Positions 44,518 to 52,045 of a stretch of 55,510 bases of DNA are shown here, piece by piece. Within the stretch, counting starts at the first letter, position 1. Every line of letters starts with the position of its first letter. Both the position numbers and the translations under genes were made by a program. The notes beneath the pieces were generated by a model. The model was given only the letters and a program-made list of their open reading frames with translations. It ran no database searches and was not told the DNA's origin. The stretch is from an uncultured Methanosarcinales archaeon (GTDB lineage Archaea > Nanobdellota > Nanobdellia > Woesearchaeales > GW2011-AR9), in contig CAYSWQ010000005.1 in NCBI GenBank assembly GCA_964434885.1, positions 1-55,510 on the forward strand, given 5' to 3'.

Positions 44518-44590
44518 AATCAACCTGCACGGCCCGAGGATAAATTCCATTTACCTGGAATTTATGGGCCTCCATTGGCAAGGTTGATTT
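44518..44590. ncRNA. Copy C of the unassigned hairpin/structured-RNA motif
   Basis: 10-bp outer stem AAATCAACCT/AGGTTGATTT. Core GCACGGCCC ... GGGCCTCCATTGGCA. Unrelated but perfect 10-bp apical stem ATAAATTCCA/TGGAATTTAT. Confidence 0.55.
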
Positions 44591-44673
44591 ATAATCTATA
44601 TTATAAAATTATTTTTAATAGTAGTATAAATACTTTAATAACACTTATATATAAATGTTTCTTCGAGGTTTAA

Positions 44674-45621
44674 ATGAAGAAAAAGATCACAGTGGTTGGT
44701 GGAGGAACAGGAAGTTATACTGCATTAAAAGGATTGAAAGGATATGATATTGATTTAGCAGCAATAGTAAGTATGTTTGATTCTGGAGGAAGTACCGGTG
44801 TTTTAAGGGACGAATTAGGAGTTTTACCGCCAGGAGATTTAAGAAAATGTTTGATTGCTTTAGCAGATGAAGAAGGAGAGAATGTTTTAAGAGAATTATT
44901 TTCTTATCGATTTGAAGGCGGAGTAGGAGATCATTCTTTAGGAAATTTAATATTGACTGCGGCACAGAAAAGATATGGTAATATAGCTAAAGGAATTGGA
45001 AAGTTATCTAAAATTTTAAATTTGAAAGGAGATGTTTACCCAGTTTCATTAGATGATTGTACTTTATGTGCTAAATTGAAAGATGGGGAAGTGATAGAAG
45101 GGGAAGCCAATATTGATGTTCCAGTTGGAGAGAGAGAACCAATCGATTATGTTTATTTAAAACCGGGGGCGAAAGTATATTCTGACGTAGAAAAAGTGCT
45201 TGCAGATTCTGATTTAATTGTTATTGGTCCAGGAGATTTATACACTAGTGTTATACCTAATCTTTTAGTGGAAGGAGTTCCAGAAGCAATTAGAAAGAGT
45301 TCAGCTAAAACAGTTTACGTCTGTAATTTAATGACTAAACAAGGAGAGACAGACGATTATAAAGCTAGTGATTTTTTAAGAGAAGTAGAAAAGTATTTGG
45401 GTGGACCAGTCGATTATGTAATTTGTAATGAAAATGGGATGTCTGCAGAATCATTAGCAATTTATGAAGACCAAAACCAATTTCCAGTAGAGGTTGATTT
45501 AAAAGATGAAAGATTAATAAAAGCTAATATTTTGTATCAGAAAAATGGGGGAAAAGATTTGATTAGACATCACCGAGAAATGTTAGCAAAGGAGTTGATG
45601 AAGATTGTTGATAATATTTGA
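44674..45621 (+). CDS. YvcK/CofD-family protein (UPF0052, gluconeogenesis factor-like)
   Basis: ITVVGGGTGSYTALKGLK ... VSMFDSGGSTGVLRDELGVLPPGDLRKCLIALAD. Confidence 0.85.
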   Translation: MKKKITVVGGGTGSYTALKGLKGYDIDLAAIVSMFDSGGSTGVLRDELGVLPPGDLRKCLIALADEEGENVLRELFSYRFEGGVGDHSLGNLILTAAQKRYGNIAKGIGKLSKILNLKGDVYPVSLDDCTLCAKLKDGEVIEGEANIDVPVGEREPIDYVYLKPGAKVYSDVEKVLADSDLIVIGPGDLYTSVIPNLLVEGVPEAIRKSSAKTVYVCNLMTKQGETDDYKASDFLREVEKYLGGPVDYVICNENGMSAESLAIYEDQNQFPVEVDLKDERLIKANILYQKNGGKDLIRHHREMLAKELMKIVDNI

Positions 45622-46078
45622 TTTGGATGATACCATTTATGATAGAACTGGTCAGTTGAGTGATGATTTGAAAGAATTGAAGGAGATTAGTGTTTTTCCA
45701 GGGGTTTTTGATTTTTTGCAACAAAAAGAAGTTACAAAGGTGTTAGTGACTAAAGGAAATGAAGAAATACAAAATCAAAAAATCGATGTTTTAAAAATAA
45801 GAAATTATTTTAATAAGATTTACATTTGTAAAACAGATGAAGAGAAGATTGGGTGTTTTAGAGATGCAAAAAAACATTGTCTTCAAAATGAAAAAATATG
45901 GGTAGTTGGTAATCGAATAGATTCAGAAATTCAAGCAGGCAATAAACTTGGATTAAAAACAATCTTATTGAAGCATGGAAAATATAAAAGTTTAAAAGCA
46001 AAAAACAAATTCGAAGTACCAGATTATAAGATATTTCATTTTTGGGAGTTAAATAAAATAATCAAATGCAAGCAGTAA
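45605..46078 (+). CDS. HAD-superfamily hydrolase
   Basis: Motif I FDLDDTIYD lies at residues 5-13. The ORF has a TTG start and overlaps the yvcK-like 3' end by 17 nt. Confidence 0.65.
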   Translation: MLIIFDLDDTIYDRTGQLSDDLKELKEISVFPGVFDFLQQKEVTKVLVTKGNEEIQNQKIDVLKIRNYFNKIYICKTDEEKIGCFRDAKKHCLQNEKIWVVGNRIDSEIQAGNKLGLKTILLKHGKYKSLKAKNKFEVPDYKIFHFWELNKIIKCKQ

Positions 46079-47202
46079 TTTTGGCAGCGGGAAAAGGAAC
46101 GAGGATGTATCCAATGACCTTGGAGAAACCTAAGCCTTTGGTAGAAGTAGCAAATAAGCCAGTTCTGGAACATAATTTAGATCAAATGTTAGGTGTAGTT
46201 GAAGAAGCAATAATTGTTGTTGGTTATAAGAAAGATATGATTATCAAAAAATTAGGTGATAATTATTTGGGAATGAAATTAACTTATGTGGTCCAGGAAG
46301 AACAATTAGGTACTGGGCATGCAGTGATGCAAGCAGAAAATAAAATTACGGGAAAATTTTTGGTTTTGAATGGAGACGATTTGTATTCTAGAAAAGACAT
46401 GGAAAGTATTTCTAAATATGATAATTGTATTTTAGTTAAGAAACAAAAAGATGCTTCTGCTTTTGGAGCAGTGGTAGTAAAAGAAGGTTTAGTTGTTGAT
46501 ATTGTTGAAAAACCAAAAGAATTTGTTTCTGATTTAGTAAATGTGGGAATGTATTGTTTTTCTCCAGAAGTGTTTGAAGTTTTGAAAAATTTGAAAAAAA
46601 GTGAAAGAGGAGAATATGAGATAACTGATGCAGTTCGGGAATTGGCTAAAAAAGGAAAAGTTCATTATGAGGAAGTCAAGGGTTTTTGGATTCCAGTTGG
46701 TTACCCTTGGCAGATTTTAGAAGCTACAGAAGAATTGTTGGAAGAACAAAAAGATACTTCAATCAAAGGTAAATTAGAAGAAGGAGTAGTAATTGAAGGT
46801 TCAGTTGATGTGGGAGAAGGAACTTTAGTGGGAAAAGGAACTTTATTGGGTGGTAATGTGGTGTTGGGAAAAAATTGTCAAATTGGTGAAAATTGTGTTT
46901 TAACAGGATTTACTGCGATTGCAGATAATTGTGTAATTGGTTCTAATGTGGAATTAGATAATGTGATTATGGGACAAGAAAGTGTTTTAGAAGGTGATTG
47001 TGTGATTACAGATTCTGTTTTAGGAGATGGGGCTTGTTTAAGTAAAGGAGTTAGAATTGATAATAAAAAGAGAACTGGAACTGTGAAATTGAATAATGGA
47101 AGTGAATGTTATGATTCTGGGAAGGAAAAATTAGGTGTTTTTGTAGGTGATGGTTGTCGAGTTTGTGAGAATATGAAATGTGGAGAATGTGTGAGTGAAT
47201 AA
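46066..47202 (+). CDS. Bifunctional-type sugar-1-P nucleotidyltransferase with a C-terminal left-handed beta-helix (GlmU-like)
   Basis: MQAVILAAGKGTRMYPMTLEKPKPLV, followed by hexapeptide repeats (VGEGTLVGKGTLLGGNVVLGKNCQIGENCVL...). Confidence 0.85.
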   Translation: MQAVILAAGKGTRMYPMTLEKPKPLVEVANKPVLEHNLDQMLGVVEEAIIVVGYKKDMIIKKLGDNYLGMKLTYVVQEEQLGTGHAVMQAENKITGKFLVLNGDDLYSRKDMESISKYDNCILVKKQKDASAFGAVVVKEGLVVDIVEKPKEFVSDLVNVGMYCFSPEVFEVLKNLKKSERGEYEITDAVRELAKKGKVHYEEVKGFWIPVGYPWQILEATEELLEEQKDTSIKGKLEEGVVIEGSVDVGEGTLVGKGTLLGGNVVLGKNCQIGENCVLTGFTAIADNCVIGSNVELDNVIMGQESVLEGDCVITDSVLGDGACLSKGVRIDNKKRTGTVKLNNGSECYDSGKEKLGVFVGDGCRVCENMKCGECVSE

Positions 47203-47313
47203 ATAGTGTTTTTTTGTTATAGAAGATAGTTCTATTTTGGGAAAGTTTTATATATTGTTTTTGTTTACTTCTGTGTTGATATAGTTAAAATTATCAAAAA
47301 AGAGGTGTGTTTG

Positions 47314-47361
47314 ATGTCCTTAAAAAACAGGTTTTTTGGGACATTTTCCACAAAGAGGTGA
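47314..47361 (+). promoter_or_regulatory. 15-codon uORF (MSLKNRFFGTFSTKR*) with its own AAAGAGGTG SD, overlapping a hairpin in the leader of the surface-glycoprotein gene
   Basis: AAAGAGGTG occurs twice (47299-47307 and 47352-47360). The uORF stop TGA (47359-47361) sits inside the second SD, 4 nt before ATG 47365. Hairpin ATGTCCT..AAAAA/TTTTT..GGGACAT spans 47314-47344. Confidence 0.35.
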
Positions 47362-47364
47362 AAA

Positions 47365-49680
47365 ATGAATAAAAAAACAATTTATGCATTATTTTTAGTT
47401 AGTTTGGTAGCAGTTTTTGCTTACATGGTTATGGCTAGTTTTGATGGAAGGGGAGTATCAGTAATAAGTCCAACAGTAGATAATAATTATTCTGGTGTTT
47501 TGATATTAAATGCCACAATTAATGATTCTGGAACTGATATTGATAATGCAACAAATGTAACTTTCTTTTTTTATAGTGATACAGATGGTTCTTTAGTTTA
47601 TAATGTTACATTTGAGAATTCTTCTGGTAACCAAAGTCGATTTAATACTTCTGTTAATACTGTGACTTTACTTGCAGATGATACATATAATATCACAGTT
47701 AATGCTACTAATGCGAGTAAAGATAACATTGAGAATAGTTCAATAACTGGGGTGCTTATAGATAATACTGCTCCAACAATAACTATTAATACAGCAAACA
47801 ATTCTTTTTTAGGTACGAGTGTAACTAGTTTGGTTTTTAATGTAACTGTTGCAGATTCAGGATCAGGAGTTTTGACAACTGTTGATTTACAGAATAATTC
47901 AGAAACAAATGAAAGTGCTTCGCAAGTAGGAACTGCAGCATCGAGAGAATTTAATCGAACAGTAGTTTTGAGTGAATTAGCTACAGGAAGCAACACATTA
48001 ACAGTAGTTGCTAATGATACTATCACTGCTGCTAATGGAGGAATAAACACCAATGATTCAGAATCTATTGTAGTGTGGGTAGATAATGTTTCTGGACCTA
48101 TTATAGAATTAAATTCAACACAATATTTACAAAACTATACGTGGACTACAGATACTACTCCAACTTTATATTTTAATTTCTCTGATGATTATTCACCAAA
48201 CGCATCTTGTGAATTATTTGTAGATGAAACTGGATATGGGGTTACTGATGTTTTGAATAATACTGCTACAGGTTTGACTGCCAATGATAGTTTGAGTATT
48301 GGTGTACATAGTTGGTATGTTAATTGTACTGATTTGGGTGGTTTTTTAAATTCATCATTAGAAAACAATCCTGCTTTTACTTTAGACGTAGTTAGTCCAA
48401 TTACAGTAACTACACCTACAAACAATAGTTGGACGAATGGAACTGAAGCAGGTAATGTTTCGTTTATATTTAGTTTCGTTTCTGGATTAACTAATGGAAA
48501 TAACACAAACGATAATGGTTTAGTTAGTTGTGAATTATATATAGAAAATGAAACAGGAAGTGTTTTCAATCCAGCTGGAGTCAATACCACTGCATTGAAT
48601 GATACTTCAATGACTTTCACTAATAACCAATCTTTAGTTAATGGACAAGCGACTAATTGGACTATTAATTGTAGTTTTAATGGTACAGATATAACTCAAG
48701 CAGTTAACAATGATTACTTTATTTTGAATGTAGATAATGCTACTCCAACAACTCCAACATTAACTTCATCTGCTAGTTCATCTACTTCATTAACAATTGC
48801 AGTAAGTACTAGTTCTGATGTTGTTTCTTGTGTAGATACAGACCCAGACACTAGTATTTCAGGTAGTGGAGCAAGTTGGACAATTACAAAAGGAGGATTA
48901 AGTCCAAGTACATCTTATTCATTTCAAGTAACTTGTACTGATTCTGCTAGTAATTCGGCTCAATCAGCTTCAACGGCATTTAGTACTTCAGCTAGTGGAG
49001 GAGGCACAGGAGGTTCAGGGGGAGGAGTTTCAACCTCGGCAACTGGAAGTTTCTCTAAAGAAGTATGGAGTTCATTAGATGCAGGAGATACTGCTACAGT
49101 TAAAGTAGAGAATGGTGAAATTGGGATTTCAGAAGTTAGTTTTAAAGTAGAAGAAAAAACATATGGTGTTTGGTTAGAAGTGGAAAAAGTTAGTACTTTG
49201 GATGAAGGAATAACCAAGTATGGTGGAAAAACATACAAAACCATTCAAATAATGGGCGGAAATACAGAAAAAATAGTAACTAGTAAGAACATGGCAACTG
49301 TAAAGTTTACAGTTAAAAAAACTTGGTTGACAGAAAATAAAGTGGATAAGACTAGTGTGGCTTTGTTTAGATATAACGATGATAAATGGAATGAATTAAC
49401 TACAACAATGGATAAAGATGATGGTACTTATGTACATTATACAGCAATGACGCCAGGATTTAGTTATTTTATGATTGGAGAGAAACTCACTCCAACTTCA
49501 ACGACAGCTGAAAAGAAAACCACTACAACAACAAAAGAAACAACTCCAACTAAAGAAGCAACTAAAAAAACTGATGATAAAAAAGTCACAAAAGAAAGAA
49601 TGAATAAAGGATGGATTGTGGCTTTGATCGTAGCTTTATTAGTTATTGGTGGACTTGTTTATTTCTGGAAAAAGAAATAG
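47365..49680 (+). CDS. Surface (S-layer-type) glycoprotein with a PGF-pre-PGF domain, Thr-rich stalk and C-terminal TM anchor
   Basis: Signal/anchor MNKKTIYALFLVSLVAVFAYMVMA. About 40 N-x-S/T sequons in the first ~450 aa. ...FRYNDDKWNELTTTMDKDDGTYVHYTAMTPGFSYFMIGEK, then T-rich linker, then GWIVALIVALLVIGGLVYFWKKK. Confidence 0.8.
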   Translation: MNKKTIYALFLVSLVAVFAYMVMASFDGRGVSVISPTVDNNYSGVLILNATINDSGTDIDNATNVTFFFYSDTDGSLVYNVTFENSSGNQSRFNTSVNTVTLLADDTYNITVNATNASKDNIENSSITGVLIDNTAPTITINTANNSFLGTSVTSLVFNVTVADSGSGVLTTVDLQNNSETNESASQVGTAASREFNRTVVLSELATGSNTLTVVANDTITAANGGINTNDSESIVVWVDNVSGPIIELNSTQYLQNYTWTTDTTPTLYFNFSDDYSPNASCELFVDETGYGVTDVLNNTATGLTANDSLSIGVHSWYVNCTDLGGFLNSSLENNPAFTLDVVSPITVTTPTNNSWTNGTEAGNVSFIFSFVSGLTNGNNTNDNGLVSCELYIENETGSVFNPAGVNTTALNDTSMTFTNNQSLVNGQATNWTINCSFNGTDITQAVNNDYFILNVDNATPTTPTLTSSASSSTSLTIAVSTSSDVVSCVDTDPDTSISGSGASWTITKGGLSPSTSYSFQVTCTDSASNSAQSASTAFSTSASGGGTGGSGGGVSTSATGSFSKEVWSSLDAGDTATVKVENGEIGISEVSFKVEEKTYGVWLEVEKVSTLDEGITKYGGKTYKTIQIMGGNTEKIVTSKNMATVKFTVKKTWLTENKVDKTSVALFRYNDDKWNELTTTMDKDDGTYVHYTAMTPGFSYFMIGEKLTPTSTTAEKKTTTTTKETTPTKEATKKTDDKKVTKERMNKGWIVALIVALLVIGGLVYFWKKK

Positions 49681-49730
49681 ATTTTTTTATTTTTTTATTT
49701 TCTTCATTTTTATTTGACTGAGTTAGTTTA

Positions 49731-49746
49731 AGAAACTTTTAAAAAG
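49731..49746 (+). promoter_or_regulatory. BRE/TATA-like promoter (AGAAACTTTTAAAAAG)
   Basis: About 60 nt upstream of the signal peptidase start. Confidence 0.4.
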
Positions 49747-49806
49747 TGAATTGTTATTCTTCTGATTACAAAAGAGGTTATCAAGATTACACAAAACAAA
49801 TATTTT

Positions 49807-50403
49807 TTGATTAGTGTTGTTTTAGGTATTTTATTTTTAAGTACTTTAGGAGTTAGTGTTTTTTTGATGTTAGATAAAGGAGAAAAACAAAGCGGCAATT
49901 TAGATTCTGAATTACAAAAACTTAATGCCACTATTCTGAAATTGGAGAAAGAGCAGAAAGAATTGAAAATTGAAAAACAAGAATTGGGAAAACAGTTAGA
50001 AAAAGAAATTGGAAGCCGACCTGTGTTAGGGATAGATAAAGATTCTCCTTTTGACCATATAAAGACCAGTCAAGTAAATGTGATGCAACATAAAGTCGAA
50101 ATAGATATAAAAGATGTTACTTGGTGGGATATTGCAGATACAAATTCTATGGATCCATTAATAGACATTGGTTCTACGGCATTAAGTGTAAAACCAAAAT
50201 CAACTGATTTTATTTATGTTGGTGATGTGGCTTTCTATGATTCGGTTGTAGTTAAAAAACCAATCGTTCACAGAGTAGTAAATATTAGTTCTGATGGTGT
50301 AGGTTGGTACTCAAAATTTAAGGGAGACAATTTAGAAAAAGTTGACCCTGAAAAAGTTAGATTTAAACAAATACTTGGGGTTTTGATTGGCATAATATAT
50401 TAA
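49807..50403 (+). CDS. Signal peptidase I, archaeal/ER (S26B) type, with an N-terminal TM and coiled-coil spacer
   Basis: Ser box TNSMDPLI, His box PIVHRVV, GDN box KGDNLEKVD. The only in-frame start that keeps the TM is TTG 49807. Confidence 0.75.
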   Translation: MISVVLGILFLSTLGVSVFLMLDKGEKQSGNLDSELQKLNATILKLEKEQKELKIEKQELGKQLEKEIGSRPVLGIDKDSPFDHIKTSQVNVMQHKVEIDIKDVTWWDIADTNSMDPLIDIGSTALSVKPKSTDFIYVGDVAFYDSVVVKKPIVHRVVNISSDGVGWYSKFKGDNLEKVDPEKVRFKQILGVLIGIIY

Positions 50404-50424
50404 AAAGATTAAAAAGGTGAAAAA

Positions 50425-51453
50425 ATGGTTATTGAAAAATTATTTCCAAAAAAATGGGTGGAGAAAAAATTAAGATATTCTTTTTTGATTGCAGTAGTTT
50501 ATTCAGCAATTTGTATTATTGGTTCAGTTTTATTGTTTGGTAAGAATTCTGGATTAATTTCTGTTTTTTTAACTTCTTTGTTAATTTTGCCATTGTTAGA
50601 GAATTTGTTAGTTAAAGAGGAAAAAAAAGAAGAACAAGAAAAGAAATTTTCATTTAAACATTTGTTTTTAGACAATCGAGAAACAGTAATCACTTATTTG
50701 TTTTTATTTTTAGGGATATTTTTTACTTACGCCTTCGCTGTTTTTGTTTTCAAATGGATGGGATTGAATATTGTGGATTCATTTAAAGGCCAATTATTTT
50801 TAGATTTTGGAAAAGGTGGAGCCACTTTTATTTTTAAGAATTTTTGGACTATTTTTATTAATAATTGGTGGGTTTTATTGACTGTTTTTTTAATTGCTTT
50901 TTTTATTAAGGATGGAGCAATTTTTTTTATTGCTTGGAATGCATCTTCGTGGGGAGTGATTTTAAGTTATAATGCCATAACTTCTGCTTTGGTAGTGGGA
51001 GGAAGTTCGTTAAAGTTTTTCTTGATAGTTTTAGCTTTAAGTTTTCCTTTTTTATTGTTGGAAGCTTTAGCTTATATTTTGGCAGCCATATCTGGAAATA
51101 TTATTTCTAAGGATGTAGTGAGAAAAACTAAGTATATCAAGAAAGTAGTGGTATATGCAGTAGGAGGAATTTTAGTTTATTTTGGTGTTAATTATTTATT
51201 GGGTTTGTTAGGTTTTGGAAAGATTGTAAGTATATTAGTTCAAATTGGATTGGTGTTGTTGATTTTGTTTTTAGTTTCTAAGACAATTAAGGAAAAGAAA
51301 TTAAAAGAAGTATTTATCTATAATTATTGGTTATTTGTTGTTGCAATAGTTGTATTTGTTTTGGGAGCAATATTAGAGATGTTAATAGTTCAGAATGTGG
51401 ACATTTTAACTAAAATTTATGCAACTAGTATGTTGTTTAAATTACCAATTTGA
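50425..51453 (+). CDS. Polytopic membrane protein (SpoIIM/DUF95-like)
   Basis: 342 aa. The FFIAWNASSWGVIL region resembles DUF95. Weak call. Confidence 0.45.
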   Translation: MVIEKLFPKKWVEKKLRYSFLIAVVYSAICIIGSVLLFGKNSGLISVFLTSLLILPLLENLLVKEEKKEEQEKKFSFKHLFLDNRETVITYLFLFLGIFFTYAFAVFVFKWMGLNIVDSFKGQLFLDFGKGGATFIFKNFWTIFINNWWVLLTVFLIAFFIKDGAIFFIAWNASSWGVILSYNAITSALVVGGSSLKFFLIVLALSFPFLLLEALAYILAAISGNIISKDVVRKTKYIKKVVVYAVGGILVYFGVNYLLGLLGFGKIVSILVQIGLVLLILFLVSKTIKEKKLKEVFIYNYWLFVVAIVVFVLGAILEMLIVQNVDILTKIYATSMLFKLPI

Positions 51454-51463
51454 ATGGATTAAT

Positions 51464-52045
51464 TTAGAAGGAATAATTTAAACCTAATTCAAAGGCTTGG
51501 AGATTATTATCTAAGTCTTTTGGTAATGTGGATTCAAGAGATTTAATGATTGATTCTTTGCTAATGGGCAAGATGTTTTTTTTGATAGCTATTCCTAGCA
51601 AGATTATATTTCCATAAATTAAATCCCCAAATTTTTCTTTTGATAATTGGGCAGCGTTGATAAATAAAGAATTTTTTGCAATAGTATTAATTTCTTTTTT
51701 TACTTCATCTAAGGAAGGGTAATTTTTAGTTTCTACTGGCCTAATAGATAAAGTATCAATTAAGAAAGAAGTTTTTTCTTTATTGGCTAAGTTTAAATAA
51801 CGAAGGGCTTCAATTAGTTCGAATCCAATGATAAGATCGGCCTGATTATCTCTAATCATTGGGGAATGAATTTCTTCTTTCCCGAATCTCACTTGAATGG
51901 GAATAGCTCCACCACGTTGAGCTAAACCATGAATTTGGGAACCATTAACTTGATAACCTTCAATGTGGGCAGCTCTTGCAATAATTACGGAAGTAAGCAT
52001 TGCCCCTAGTCCCCCAACTCCAGCAAAAAGAATATTGAAAGTCAT
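51464..52045 (-). CDS. iorB: Indolepyruvate:ferredoxin oxidoreductase beta subunit
   Basis: FNILFAGVGGLGAMLTS N-terminus. Overlaps iorA by 4 nt. Confidence 0.85.
   Translation of the reverse strand: MTFNILFAGVGGLGAMLTSVIIARAAHIEGYQVNGSQIHGLAQRGGAIPIQVRFGKEEIHSPMIRDNQADLIIGFELIEALRYLNLANKEKTSFLIDTLSIRPVETKNYPSLDEVKKEINTIAKNSLFINAAQLSKEKFGDLIYGNIILLGIAIKKNILPISKESIIKSLESTLPKDLDNNLQAFELGLNYSF

Noticed and set aside
37611-44590. Hairpin elements A/B/C interpreted as intrinsic terminators, H/ACA or C/D sRNAs, MITEs or BHB splice motifs
   Set aside because: No U-tract pattern is shared by all copies, so they are not terminators. There is no ACA, RUGAUGA or CUGA in conserved positions. Guide-RNA pockets should vary while here the loops are conserved. 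The outer inverted repeats differ between copies, unlike MITE termini. There are no paired 3-nt bulges 4 bp apart, so they are not BHB motifs. They are left unassigned.
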